This document shows positions 1 through 10,165 of a DNA stretch of 64,000 nt, in pieces. A program made the position numbers and the translations under genes. How positions within the stretch are numbered: position 1 is the first letter of the stretch; each line of letters opens with the position of its first letter. Under the pieces are notes generated by a model. It was not told the DNA's origin, made no database searches, and saw only the letters and a list, made by a program, of their open reading frames with translations. Location of the stretch: contig DCFT01000028.1 in the NCBI GenBank assembly GCA_002319885.1, positions 88,834 to 152,833 on the forward strand. The letters are read 5' to 3'. Source of the stretch: Bacteroidales bacterium UBA1797 (lineage in GTDB: Bacteria > Bacteroidota > Bacteroidia > Bacteroidales > VadinHA17).

Positions 1-186
1 TATAAGGCTTAGCCGGTCACCTTTTTTTATTCCTAGAGTTATTAATCCCGCGGCAAATTCATAAACCTGCTTTCTTGTCTCACTATAAGTTGTGCCTTCA
101 TATTTTTCATTAGGTTTTTCCCATAGATATACATTGTTACTATACTTTTCAACGCTTTCTTCGAAAAATTGTATTAACGATTTCAT
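1..186 (-). CDS. AMP-dependent synthetase / long-chain acyl-CoA ligase, N-terminal fragment (gene runs off the left edge)
   Basis: Manual reverse-strand translation from ATG at 186-184 is open to position 1: MKSLIQFFEESVEKYSNNVYLWEKPNEKYEGTTYSETRKQVYEFAAGLITLGIKKGDRLSLI. This is a typical N-terminus of AMP-binding ligases. It is absent from the ORF track because it is truncated. Confidence 0.5.
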   Translation of the reverse strand, partial: MKSLIQFFEESVEKYSNNVYLWEKPNEKYEGTTYSETRKQVYEFAAGLITLGIKKGDRLSLI

Positions 187-366
187 CAGGCAGGCTTTTA
201 TGGTTATCTTAAAATTTTATATGCCTAATATACAAAATCCACGATACTTTGATAAATTCAACGATAAATATATCTTTTGGTTTGGTTTTCAATAATTTGT
301 ATCTTTGATTATTACCACTAAAGTCATCGCTTCTTAATATTCATTTTTAATCTTAAATATTTTGTT

Positions 367-840
367 ATGAGACATTTATCGGTATTTGTTCTGGCAATTA
401 TTCTGATCATGCTTCCTTCCTGTAAATATTTCAGGGCAGGAGGACTTTTCGGCAAAAAAGCCAGGACTATGGCTATTTTAAAAGCACAGGAAGACAGTAT
501 CAGAGTCGCAGATTCACTTCAGATAATCAAGGCCCGTTTAATTGCTACTGAGAAAGCAAGGCTCGACTCATTAAGGTATGCTGATGAAGTGCGTAAGGAA
601 ATGGAATCAAAAAATAAATTTAATATTATTGTTGGTAGTTTTATTACACCTGAATATGCAAAAGTCTATGCTGATAGATATCGCAAACAGGGGTATGATC
701 CAAAAATAATCAGGCAGGAGGGAAGCAAATTTGAACTGGTTTCAGTGGAATCTTATGACAGTTTCAGAAAGGCGGTTTCGCGACTGAAGCAGTTTCAGGA
801 TACAGTTCAGTTTGAATCGTGGCTGTTTATAAATAAATAG
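367..840 (+). CDS. SPOR domain-containing lipoprotein
   Basis: Lipobox LPSC after a hydrophobic signal. C-terminal FNIIVGSFITPEYAKVYADRYRKQGYDPKII...FELVSVESYDSFRKAV matches the SPOR repeat pattern. Confidence 0.7.
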   Translation: MRHLSVFVLAIILIMLPSCKYFRAGGLFGKKARTMAILKAQEDSIRVADSLQIIKARLIATEKARLDSLRYADEVRKEMESKNKFNIIVGSFITPEYAKVYADRYRKQGYDPKIIRQEGSKFELVSVESYDSFRKAVSRLKQFQDTVQFESWLFINK

Positions 841-920
841 GCAGGATATTTTCTGTAAAACGTTGCCGAAAAGATCCAGATTCCTGATTTATCCATAATA
901 TTGGAGCTGCCCTTATACCG

Positions 921-943
921 GGGACGCCCAATTTGGGCGTCTC
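921..943. repeat. GC-rich palindromic hairpin between convergent genes; short copy of the palindrome at 54631-54659
   Basis: gacgcccaa-t-ttgggcgtc forms a 9-bp perfect stem (923-931/933-941). The right arm ttgggcgtctctac is identical to the right arm of the 54646-54659 copy. Confidence 0.7.
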
Positions 944-970
944 TACGAGTGATTATTATGAATATTTAAA

Positions 971-2236
971 TTAGTTTCTGAAGATGGTTTCTTTCCTGTC
1001 GGGCCCCACTGAAACCATAGTAATAGGTACGCTGGTTTCTTTCTCAATGAATTCAATAAAATTTTTAAGTGCTGACGGTAATTCACTGAATTCCCTGTAA
1101 CCCGTTATATCCTCCTTCCATCCCTCAAGTTCCGTGTAAACAGGCTCAACAATTGAATCGTTATAAAAAGGCAGCTCGTTACAAATTTCTCCATTAATTC
1201 TATATGCGGTACAAATTTTAATGGTCTTAAATCCTGACATTACATCTGCTTTGGTCATAATGAGTTTAGTGATCCCGTTTATCATTATGGAATATTTCAT
1301 AGCCGGCAGATCGAGCCATCCGCAACGTCTGGGCCTCCCTGTGGTTGACCCGAATTCATGACCTAAATTTCTTAAATTAGCTCCAACAGCATCGTATAAT
1401 TCGGTCGGGAATGGACCACATCCGACCCTCGTGCAATAAGCTTTAAATATTCCAAAGATATCACCTATTTTTTTTGGAGAAATACCCAGACCGGTGCATG
1501 CGCCGGCACTGATCGTATTTGACGAAGTGACGAACGGATATGACCCAAAATCAACATCCAGCATCGTCCCCTGTGCACCTTCTGCCAGTATTTTTTTACC
1601 CTCCTGAACAAGTTCATTCACTAAATATTCGGTATTGCCTATCGGAAATTGCTTTAGCAAATTAATTCCCTCAAACCATCCTTTTTCATACTCTTTAAGA
1701 TCGAATTTAAAGTCATAACTTCTGAGTATATTAAGATGGCTGTTCAAATGATCATTATATTTCTGCCTGAAATCTTCTTTGAGTACATCGCCCACTCTTA
1801 GCCCGTTCCTGCTTGTTTTATCGGTATATGCCGGACCGATACCTTTTAGCGTTGATCCTATTTTAGAGTTACCCTTACTCGATTCATATGCAGCATCAAG
1901 TATTCTGTGGCTTGGCAGAATAAGATTCGCCTTGTTTGAAATGATAAGTCGTTTTTTAAGTTCATTCAGAGGAGGTCCAAGTTCTTCTATTTCCTTCTTA
2001 AAAACAGCGGGATCAATTACCACACCATTCCCTATTATATTCAGTTTCTCAGGATGAAATATACCGGATGGAATAAGATGAAGCACATGTTTTACATTAT
2101 TAAACTCGAGGGAATGTCCGGCATTCGGTCCGCCTTGAAAACGGGCAACAACGTCATAGACCGGACTTAAAGCATCAACGATTTTACCTTTTCCTTCATC
2201 CCCCCACTGCAGTCCTAACAGTATGTCAATGTTCAT
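971..2236 (-). CDS. purA: adenylosuccinate synthase
   Basis: N-terminal GLQWGDEGKGKIVD P-loop, GPNAGH and TTGRPRRCGW motifs; full length 421 aa. Confidence 0.95.
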   Translation of the reverse strand: MNIDILLGLQWGDEGKGKIVDALSPVYDVVARFQGGPNAGHSLEFNNVKHVLHLIPSGIFHPEKLNIIGNGVVIDPAVFKKEIEELGPPLNELKKRLIISNKANLILPSHRILDAAYESSKGNSKIGSTLKGIGPAYTDKTSRNGLRVGDVLKEDFRQKYNDHLNSHLNILRSYDFKFDLKEYEKGWFEGINLLKQFPIGNTEYLVNELVQEGKKILAEGAQGTMLDVDFGSYPFVTSSNTISAGACTGLGISPKKIGDIFGIFKAYCTRVGCGPFPTELYDAVGANLRNLGHEFGSTTGRPRRCGWLDLPAMKYSIMINGITKLIMTKADVMSGFKTIKICTAYRINGEICNELPFYNDSIVEPVYTELEGWKEDITGYREFSELPSALKNFIEFIEKETSVPITMVSVGPDRKETIFRN

Positions 2237-2513
2237 ATTATAGATTATGTATTATTTATTTGATTTAAAAGCTGTACAAGGTACGAATAAATTCAACTCA
2301 TCATCGGGAGGATAATAGATTGTTGATAAATGACATGTTTATTGTGAGGCTGTAATAAATGATTTGTTAATTAGCCGGTAATTTAAGCATTTGATTTTTC
2401 CTGTAGCTCAAATACATTGGCTGTATGTTAGGTTTTTATTAATCAAAATGATAAATTTGTAATAATGAAACCTGAAAGTAATTATTTCCAAACCTTATCT
2501 TAACCTGAATGTC

Positions 2514-3059
2514 ATGAAACGTATTCTTGTTTTTTTATTAGTTATTGTGTTTACATTACCATCTTTCTCACAGGATCAACCAAAAGTTGCTACTGAAAAA
2601 AATGTGCTTAAAATAAATACATTAAGCCTTATACTGGGAACCGGATCAGTTTTTTATGAACGTAAATTTTCAGACGCAATGTCGGGTCAACTCGGAGTTG
2701 CATATCTCAATTACAAAATCAGTGGCACAAAATTCACCGGGCTGATTCTGACACCGGAGTTGAGATTTTATATGAAAAAGGCGGCAATCGATGGTATGTA
2801 TGTTGCACCTTATGTCCGTTATCAGAATTACAGTTTGTCCGATAATAGTTCTAAAGGAACTTTATCTTCAATTGGTGGTGGGGCGCTTATTGGACGCCAA
2901 TGGATAAAACCTTCAGGTTTCACAATGGATCTGTTTTTTGGCGGTCATTATGGATCTGCATCAGTTAAAGCAACTTCAGGTGATGTAACTACATTTGACA
3001 CAAAACTATTTAGTGGTTTTGGATTCAGAGTTGGCTTCGCTCTCGGCTTTGCATTCTAG
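2514..3059 (+). CDS. small outer-membrane beta-barrel protein (DUF3575-like / porin-family)
   Basis: Signal peptide ending SFSQ. Alternating-hydrophobic beta-strand pattern throughout and a C-terminal aromatic residue (GFALGFAF). Confidence 0.55.
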   Translation: MKRILVFLLVIVFTLPSFSQDQPKVATEKNVLKINTLSLILGTGSVFYERKFSDAMSGQLGVAYLNYKISGTKFTGLILTPELRFYMKKAAIDGMYVAPYVRYQNYSLSDNSSKGTLSSIGGGALIGRQWIKPSGFTMDLFFGGHYGSASVKATSGDVTTFDTKLFSGFGFRVGFALGFAF

Positions 3060-3171
3060 TTATAGCTTAACTCATTAGAATAACCAGTAAGAGTAAAGGG
3101 CCAAAGACATATTTGTAATCGGGGGTATTTAGCTAAGTTGACTGTACTGAGCAGGTGTAGAGTAAAAGAGT

Positions 3172-3621
3172 CTATTCTTTATCTTTTCCCTTGTAATTTC
3201 CATAGATGTACAGAGAGTGATACTGAGGAGTGAAATTGTGCAATTCGCTTGCAGTATTAATTATCTCATGAATCCTTGGATCGCAGAACTCTATAACTTT
3301 TCCGGTTTCAATGTCAATCAGATGATCATGTTGTCCGCATTGATATGCTTTTTCAAACTGTGCTATATTCTTTCCAAACTGATGCTTAATAACAAGGTTA
3401 CAATCCAGAAGTAACTCAATTGTATTATATAATGTCGCTCTGCTGACGCGATAATTCTTATTCTTCATAAAAATATAAAGCGACTCGATATCGAAATGAC
3501 CCGGACGTGAATATATTTCATCCAGAATAGCATATCTCTCAGGCGTTTTCCTGTGGCCTTTCTTTTCAAGATATTCAGTGAAGATCTTCTTTACAGTTAA
3601 CTTTGTATCGTCACTAATCAT
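3172..3621 (-). CDS. Fur family transcriptional regulator
   Basis: Winged-helix region [13 protein letters not shown], a metal-site region [15 protein letters not shown] and Fur-typical length. A TActTTTG box lies 25 nt upstream (minus strand, 3646-3653). Confidence 0.85.
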   Translation of the reverse strand: MISDDTKLTVKKIFTEYLEKKGHRKTPERYAILDEIYSRPGHFDIESLYIFMKNKNYRVSRATLYNTIELLLDCNLVIKHQFGKNIAQFEKAYQCGQHDHLIDIETGKVIEFCDPRIHEIINTASELHNFTPQYHSLYIYGNYKGKDKE

Positions 3622-3693
3622 ATTTGGTCTAATTTAAGATAATGACAAAAGTATGCAAATTTCCCGGATATCGGGGATTGAATTCACTAAAAA

Positions 3694-5940
3694 TTAATTT
3701 GTAAAATCTTCTACTCTTCTCACATTCTCAATGCCTTTGATATTTGAAATTTTGAGTATCAGATTGTTCAGATCTTTTATATGATGAACATACAGGTCAA
3801 TTGTTCCGTCAAAAATTCCATTTTTGACTGTAACATTAATTCTAGTCATATTTACTTTAAGTTCCGACGATATTATATTAGTTATATCGTTTACGAGTCC
3901 TATTCTGTCTATACCGGTCATGCTTATTCTTGCAAGAAAAGAAATGAGCTTATGGATGGCCCATTTGACTGCTATAATCCTGTTCCCTTCGTTTGACATT
4001 ATTCTTATAGCGACCGGACATTTAGGTTTATGTATTATAATAGTCCCTTCAGGGGAATGATATCCGGTAACTTCATCTCCCGGGATAGGATTGCAGCATT
4101 TTGCAATTTCGTAGGATTGTTCTGAATTGTCTACATTTTCCCGGAGAAGAAAAGGAACATTCTTATCAATATTTTCAGGAACGGCTTCAGCATCTTTTTT
4201 CTCCTTTTTTGATCCTATCAGCTTTAATTCCCAATATTTTATAACATTTTTGGTTGGGTTCTTTTTTATAGCTTTTTTAAGATTGCTTAGATTGATCCTC
4301 CCCAGACCGATTCCCGAGTATAATTCTTCTTTATTCTGAACTTCATATGACAGAACAAGCGATTTAAGGATTTCATTATTGGAAGTAAATCCGATCTCCT
4401 TAAGACGTGTCTCGAGAATTTCCATGCCTTTCTGGATACTATCTTTCGAATCAATCCTGAGTGCGTTTTTAATTGCCTCTTTGGCTTTAGAGGTTCTGAC
4501 AAAAGAGAGCCATTCAGGGTCTGGTTTTGCGATATCCGATGTAATTATTTCAACCTGATCACCGCTCATCAGAATAGAGTTGATGGGGTTGAGTTTATAA
4601 TTTATTTTTGCGCCAATTGCCTTATTCCCGATTTCAGTATGTATTTCATAAGCAAAATCGAGTGCTGAGGCTCCTTTTGGCAGGTTTACCAGAAACCCTT
4701 TTGGGGTAAAGACCATTATCTCTGATGAAAAAAGGTTCATTTTGAACTCGTCGAGAAACTCAATAGGATCTTCGTGTGGATTTTCGAGTAGGATCCTGAT
4801 CTTCTTTATCCATTTATCGAGTTCACTCTCCGGAGCATCATCCCCTTTATATTTCCAGTGAGCAGCATAACCCCGTTCTGCTATCTCATCCATGCGTTTG
4901 CTTCTTATCTGAACCTCAACCCACTGGCCTTCCGGCCCCATAACAGTCACATGCAAGGCTTCATACCCGTTGGGTTTTGGCCGGCTTACCCAATCGCGTA
5001 ACCTATCGGGTTTGGGCATATATGCATCAGTAATAATGGAATAAATATTCCAGCATTGTGTTTTTTCAGGAATGCCTGGTGCCGGCTCAAATACTATTCT
5101 AATAGCAAGAACATCATAGATCTCTTCAAATGGTACATTCTTAGCCTGCATCTTCTGCCAGATAGAAAAGATGGATTTTGGTCTTCCGCTGATATCAAAC
5201 TGCAGTCCGGCTTCAGTAAGCTTTTCAATTATCGGTAATGAGAACTTATTAATCAGAGAAAGATTCTTTTTCTCACTGTGCTTTAGTTTAGAAGCTATTT
5301 CCTCATAGATCTGTGGTTGCCGGAATTTGAAACTCAGATCTTCCAGTTCACTCTTAATGGCATATAAACCAAGCCGGTGAGCGAGAGGTGCATAAAGGAA
5401 AATAGTCTCACCGGCCACTTTCATTTTTTTATGCTCAGGCATAGAGTCGAGCGTCCTCATATTATGCAAACGATCAGCAATTTTTATAAGAATGACCCTC
5501 AGATCATCTGAAAGGGTGAGAAGCATCTTCCTGAAATTTTCAGCCTGCAGCGATGAAGAATTTTCTTTATTATAAGTGCCTGAGATTTTTGTCAGTCCAT
5601 CAATAAGAGATGCAATTTTAGGATCAAAATCCCTTTCCACATCCTCAAGGGAATACTCAGTATCTTCAACAACATCGTGCAGAAGAGCAACAGCAATAGA
5701 TTTGGCACCTAATCCAATCTCTCCGTTAACTATTTTTGCAACTGAAATAGGGTGAATTATATAAGGCTCGCCGGATTTCCGGCGCATATTCCAGTGAGCT
5801 TCGTTTGCTATATTGAAAGCTTTTTCAATCAGCTCCCTGTCTCCGGGTTTTCCACACCGGATAAGATTGTTTATTAGAGTATCATATTCAGCCTGAATAC
5901 GGTTTCTGTCTTCGTCATCAAAAATATCCTTGTTCCCCAT
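3694..5940 (-). CDS. bifunctional (p)ppGpp synthetase/hydrolase, RelA/SpoT (RSH) family
   Basis: HD hydrolase motif LLHDVVEDT, a synthetase region (YEALHVTV, VEVQIRS), a TGS region and a C-terminal ACT-like region. The ORF track starts at a TTG (5958); the first ATG is at 5940. Confidence 0.93.
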   Translation of the reverse strand: MGNKDIFDDEDRNRIQAEYDTLINNLIRCGKPGDRELIEKAFNIANEAHWNMRRKSGEPYIIHPISVAKIVNGEIGLGAKSIAVALLHDVVEDTEYSLEDVERDFDPKIASLIDGLTKISGTYNKENSSSLQAENFRKMLLTLSDDLRVILIKIADRLHNMRTLDSMPEHKKMKVAGETIFLYAPLAHRLGLYAIKSELEDLSFKFRQPQIYEEIASKLKHSEKKNLSLINKFSLPIIEKLTEAGLQFDISGRPKSIFSIWQKMQAKNVPFEEIYDVLAIRIVFEPAPGIPEKTQCWNIYSIITDAYMPKPDRLRDWVSRPKPNGYEALHVTVMGPEGQWVEVQIRSKRMDEIAERGYAAHWKYKGDDAPESELDKWIKKIRILLENPHEDPIEFLDEFKMNLFSSEIMVFTPKGFLVNLPKGASALDFAYEIHTEIGNKAIGAKINYKLNPINSILMSGDQVEIITSDIAKPDPEWLSFVRTSKAKEAIKNALRIDSKDSIQKGMEILETRLKEIGFTSNNEILKSLVLSYEVQNKEELYSGIGLGRINLSNLKKAIKKNPTKNVIKYWELKLIGSKKEKKDAEAVPENIDKNVPFLLRENVDNSEQSYEIAKCCNPIPGDEVTGYHSPEGTIIIHKPKCPVAIRIMSNEGNRIIAVKWAIHKLISFLARISMTGIDRIGLVNDITNIISSELKVNMTRINVTVKNGIFDGTIDLYVHHIKDLNNLILKISNIKGIENVRRVEDFTN

Positions 5941-6034
5941 AAATTCACTACGCAGCAAGTTTTTGTCTAAGTTACAAATATAGCTAATCCGGCATAAAAT
6001 TGCTAGCTAAAGCTGAAAAGAGATGATGATTTTA

Positions 6035-7528
6035 TCACTTATCGGTGATGAGTGTAATAGTACCGGTTTTCGAGATAGATTTTCCCGAAGGTGTCGTTAG
6101 TTTTAAATACCATAAACAAACACCCTGAGGTTGAGGCTTCCCATTTTGTGTCCCGTCCCATTCTGCATGAAAATCTCTTGTTTCAAACAAAATGTTCCCT
6201 TTTCTGTCGCTTATTATCAGGTGGTAATCAAGAGGTGTAAATGACAGAACGGGTCTGAAAAGATCATTGGATAAATCATTATTTGGTGTGAAAACATTTG
6301 GAACCGTAATTACCTCCGTTGGGGAAGTACAGATTTGTGAAGACACACTTTCACCTGTTATTCCATAGGGATTTGATCTCTCAGACGCAGTAATGTAAAA
6401 ACAGATCTTATCTCCTGTTACATCATACATTATTTGTTGATATCCCATGGTATAAGAAGTATCAGAAGCACTGATTTCAGCTTTTCCCTCAAATCCATTT
6501 CCTGTATTTTCAAATAGTTTGTACACTGATACTACTCCCGACCAGTCTTTATAGGGATTCCAGGTAAGAACAATATTATCTTTCACTCTTTCTAAGGCCA
6601 GCACAATATTTGAGGCGATATTTGAAACCGTCACTGCAAGGTTGCAACTATTGATAGCCGAAAGCCTGTAATAGTTTATATCATTTGTATTAGCCTGATT
6701 ATCAATGTAAATAACTTTACCATCAACAGAAACTGGTTGCGATATCTCCTGAAAAACACCTGTTGGCCCTGTTTTTCTTTCGAGGCTGAAATGATTTATC
6801 TCTGATAACGGATCAACAGTAAAAGACAGGGCTACTTTTCCATCAGAGTTTAAGGTCGCCTGGTCGGCATTTATCCAATTCGGGGGCCGCTTCATTTTTG
6901 TCGATGCACAGGATATGTTTGAGGTGGACATTTTTCCTGTTTCCAGATTTGCCTGAACTAAAAAACAGTATTCTGCATCAATTATATAATCATTCAAGGT
7001 AATGCTTGTATCGTTTCCGCTGACATTTTCTGTATCGGAATAGATTCCTCCATTTACCGACGATAAGACAGAATAGCTAATAACATTTTCAGGGAAAGAT
7101 GGATAACTGTTCCACGACACAACAAGCTTTTTCATACAAGTGTCGATGGATACATTTTCAAAAATAGAATTAAGGACATTCGAAAAGATGCTTGTGCATC
7201 TCGGTAGTCGCATTGCGGTAATCACATAAGAGACACTGAAATACTTTGTGACATTATTTGTCAGAGTATAACTTGTTGCAGAAGGATCCCAAACAGTATC
7301 AATAGGCATTCCATCTCCGTTTTTATAAGAATAGAGTACGTAGGCAGCAATATTTGATGAAGGACTTGGATTCCATTCAAATTTTGTATAACCTGTCTCC
7401 GGTTCAACAGAGACAGAAGTAAATACAGGAGGTAACGGAGGATCTGTAATACAGTTTATCTGGGAAAATGCCTTACCGGGCAAAAGGAATAGTAGGATAA
7501 ATACAATATAAAAATGGCGGTTTTTCAT
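6035..7528 (-). CDS. T9SS type B sorting domain (gliding-motility C-terminal domain) surface protein with Fn3/Ig-like repeats
   Basis: C-terminal VPNVFTPNNDLSNDLFRP...WDGTQNGKPQPQGVCLWYL matches the type B CTD consensus. Signal peptide ends AFSQ. ATGA start/stop overlap with the upstream M16 gene at 7525-7528. Confidence 0.7.
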   Translation of the reverse strand: MKNRHFYIVFILLFLLPGKAFSQINCITDPPLPPVFTSVSVEPETGYTKFEWNPSPSSNIAAYVLYSYKNGDGMPIDTVWDPSATSYTLTNNVTKYFSVSYVITAMRLPRCTSIFSNVLNSIFENVSIDTCMKKLVVSWNSYPSFPENVISYSVLSSVNGGIYSDTENVSGNDTSITLNDYIIDAEYCFLVQANLETGKMSTSNISCASTKMKRPPNWINADQATLNSDGKVALSFTVDPLSEINHFSLERKTGPTGVFQEISQPVSVDGKVIYIDNQANTNDINYYRLSAINSCNLAVTVSNIASNIVLALERVKDNIVLTWNPYKDWSGVVSVYKLFENTGNGFEGKAEISASDTSYTMGYQQIMYDVTGDKICFYITASERSNPYGITGESVSSQICTSPTEVITVPNVFTPNNDLSNDLFRPVLSFTPLDYHLIISDRKGNILFETRDFHAEWDGTQNGKPQPQGVCLWYLKLTTPSGKSISKTGTITLITDK

Positions 7529-8808
7529 TCAGCACCGACAGTTATTTCATAAAGTTCATCAATATTATAATACTTTCTGGCGAGTTCAATAATTTCATCA
7601 GGTTCAATTGTTCTGATTTTTTCGGACAGGCTGTGAAAGTACCTGTTGTCGAGACCAAATTCCCACGCAGATTTGAAACTTTCGGCCAGGGCAAATGGTC
7701 CGTCAAACATCCTGACCATTTCTCCTGACATATAGTTCCGAACAACAGCCATCTCATCTTTCTCCACAGGTACGGTTTGCAGAAGCTTTATTTCCTTGTA
7801 AATCTCTTCAATTGCATTTTTGCTGTTTTTCTGACCTACTTCAGTGGAGATCACTTTATAGCCAGACAGATCGAGAGAAGATAGTGACGAGCTTATGCCG
7901 TAAGTAAAACCCTTTTCTTCGCGAATATTTTTCATCAGACGCGAACCAAAATATCCCCCGAGGATGGAATCGAGGACTTTCAGACCGGGGTAATCAGGAT
8001 GCCTTTTGTTGATAGTTGAGGAGCCTATTCTGATCGCATTTTGAACTGTTCCTGGCTTATTGATATGAAATTTTTTTAATTCACTGCCTTTAAGGACGTT
8101 AAAAGGCTCTTCTTTTTTTATTTCAGAAGCATTGTCATATCCAAAATATGAATTCAGAAGTTTGGCCGTTTGATTGTGTATTTTTCCCGATATAACAATT
8201 GCCATTGTATCAGGATTATAATATCTTGAATGGAAATCCGCTAGGTGGGAAGGTGATATATTTTCAAAATCGTGTTCGCTGACCTGATAACCATACGGAT
8301 GATTCTTCCCAAAAACAGATTCAAAAAACTGATCCATCGCAATATTCTGAACTTTTTCCCTGTTCACGAGATACCAGTGAAGGCGTTTTTTCATTAAAGC
8401 ACCGAGTTCCTGTTCAGGAAATACTGGACGGAACAAAATCTCACGGCTTAATTCTAATACCTTTTCAATATGTTTATTCAGGAAAAACAGAACAATGCCT
8501 GCGGTATCTTTTTCGGCGGACTGGTGCAGGAAAACGCCATAGTAATCGAGAAGTCCGTTCAATTCTTCCGAAGTGTAATTCAGCGATCCTTCAGAAAGCA
8601 TCATGTTGCATGTTGACGAAAGAAGTGGAAGGTGTTCTTTAACCTGACCAGCCCTGAATATAAATTCGATTCGCATAATATCTTCAGTTCCGGCTTCGAT
8701 CAAATATACAGGAACACCATTATTAAGTCTCAAAGCCCCGGCTTCAGGAATAACTACTTTTTCAACTGGAAAAACCGGTGGTTGTATTCTCTGCAGATTG
8801 TTCATCAT
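7525..8808 (-). CDS. M16 family peptidase, non-catalytic partner subunit (no HxxEH motif)
   Basis: Insulinase-like layout and length. The ATG at 8808 overlaps the upstream TGA (ATGA). The ORF-track start at 8847 is a TTG extension. Confidence 0.8.
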   Translation of the reverse strand: MMNNLQRIQPPVFPVEKVVIPEAGALRLNNGVPVYLIEAGTEDIMRIEFIFRAGQVKEHLPLLSSTCNMMLSEGSLNYTSEELNGLLDYYGVFLHQSAEKDTAGIVLFFLNKHIEKVLELSREILFRPVFPEQELGALMKKRLHWYLVNREKVQNIAMDQFFESVFGKNHPYGYQVSEHDFENISPSHLADFHSRYYNPDTMAIVISGKIHNQTAKLLNSYFGYDNASEIKKEEPFNVLKGSELKKFHINKPGTVQNAIRIGSSTINKRHPDYPGLKVLDSILGGYFGSRLMKNIREEKGFTYGISSSLSSLDLSGYKVISTEVGQKNSKNAIEEIYKEIKLLQTVPVEKDEMAVVRNYMSGEMVRMFDGPFALAESFKSAWEFGLDNRYFHSLSEKIRTIEPDEIIELARKYYNIDELYEITVGAE

Positions 8809-10052
8809 TTCTTTATTCGGGTAGATATATAATTCAGTGTGCTGCAATTAGTGGCAATGAAATATTTCTCAATGTTTTCCATTACCATTTTATGACTGAC
8901 ATTTCTATATGACTCAACTTCTTTATTTATTAATCCAGGATCACCCAGAAGTTCAAAAAATGCAAGATTTGCTGCCTTATTAAGGACGCTTGTATTTGAA
9001 AAGACTGTGGAAGATTCAAATTTATTTTTTACTTTCTCCATCTCATAATTGATCTCATTCTTACTGCGTAGACCGTTGATTACTTCACATACCGATTTGT
9101 CAGCCTGCTGAATGCCAACGCCTTTCATAAGTTTCCCCTGAACAACTATCAGCCCCGGATCTATGTCCGTAGTCATGTATGCATTTATCTCGCTGAATAG
9201 TTTTTTTTCTCTTACAAGTTTGGTATGCAATCTGCCTGATTCTCCTCCTGCAAGGAGATCTGTTATCAGATCAAGAGTATAAAAATCATTACTTTTTCTT
9301 GGTCCAATATGCCACATCTTATATAATGCCGTTGAAGGTACGTCTCTTTCAATTGTCAGCACTCTTTCCTCTGTTTGTTCAGGTTCGATGGGCAGGTTTC
9401 GTGGGTGTATTGTTCTTTTTTCGATTGGACCAAACCATTTTTGTGAAAGTTTAGATGCGAGATCATATCCAATATTTCCCGTTAGGGTAAGAATCGCATT
9501 GTTTGGCGCATAATGGGAAAAGAAGAATTTTTTTACATGTTCGAGGTCAGTATTTCGGATATGATTAATATCCATTCCTATTGTTGGCCAACGGTAAGGA
9601 TGCACTTTGTATGCTAAAGGGCGCAATTTTAATATTGCGTCTCCATAAGGCTGATTCAGATACCGTTGGTTGAACTCCTCGCTGACGACATTTTTCTGGG
9701 TATCAAGATTCTTATTTGAGAAATCAAGTTCCAGCATTCTGTCAGATTCGAGCCAGAATCCTGTTTCAATATTTTCTGACGGGATGGTAAGATAATAATT
9801 GGTTATATCATTATTAGTGAAAGCATTATTTTCTCCACCAACAAGTTGGAGTGGAGTATCGAAATCAGGAACATTCAAAGAACCGCCGAACATTAGATGT
9901 TCAAAAAGATGTGCAAAACCTGTCATTGAAGGATCTTCATCCCGCGAACCAACATCATAGAGGATGTTCATTGCTATAAGGGGAGTAGATTTATCTTCGT
10001 GCACAACGACTCTTAATCCATTATCAAGTGAAAATCTTTTGTAATTTATCAT
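8805..10052 (-). CDS. M16 family zinc peptidase (insulinase-like), catalytic subunit
   Basis: Inverted zinc motif HLFEHLMF (HxxEH). N-terminal LDNGLRVVVHED. The first ATG is at 10052; the track start at 10067 is TTG. Confidence 0.88.
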   Translation of the reverse strand: MINYKRFSLDNGLRVVVHEDKSTPLIAMNILYDVGSRDEDPSMTGFAHLFEHLMFGGSLNVPDFDTPLQLVGGENNAFTNNDITNYYLTIPSENIETGFWLESDRMLELDFSNKNLDTQKNVVSEEFNQRYLNQPYGDAILKLRPLAYKVHPYRWPTIGMDINHIRNTDLEHVKKFFFSHYAPNNAILTLTGNIGYDLASKLSQKWFGPIEKRTIHPRNLPIEPEQTEERVLTIERDVPSTALYKMWHIGPRKSNDFYTLDLITDLLAGGESGRLHTKLVREKKLFSEINAYMTTDIDPGLIVVQGKLMKGVGIQQADKSVCEVINGLRSKNEINYEMEKVKNKFESSTVFSNTSVLNKAANLAFFELLGDPGLINKEVESYRNVSHKMVMENIEKYFIATNCSTLNYISTRIKK

Positions 10053-10150
10053 ACTTAGTAACTTCAATTATAAGAAATGGATAGGCATATAATAGTATAA
10101 TACCTGATGACAAACTTAATTAAAAAACGGTGAAGGATTAGTATTGTTTT

Positions 10151-10158
10151 TATATTTG
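10151..10158 (+). promoter_or_regulatory. candidate Bacteroidota -7 box (TAtaTTTG) for the ClC gene
   Basis: Exact match to TAnnTTTG, 8 nt upstream of the ATG at 10166. Confidence 0.35.
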
Positions 10159-10165
10159 CAGAATT

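Noticed and set aside
92-295. 67-aa plus-strand ORF at the left edge
   Set aside because: It overlaps the better-supported reverse-strand N-terminus of an AMP-binding ligase (1-186). Its translation is low-complexity and Phe/Tyr-rich.
3661-3680. cccggatatcgggg hairpin downstream of the RelA/SpoT gene as a terminator
   Set aside because: It has only a 4-5 bp stem and no U-tract on the relevant strand. It also overlaps the Fur-gene promoter region, so it is too weak to call.
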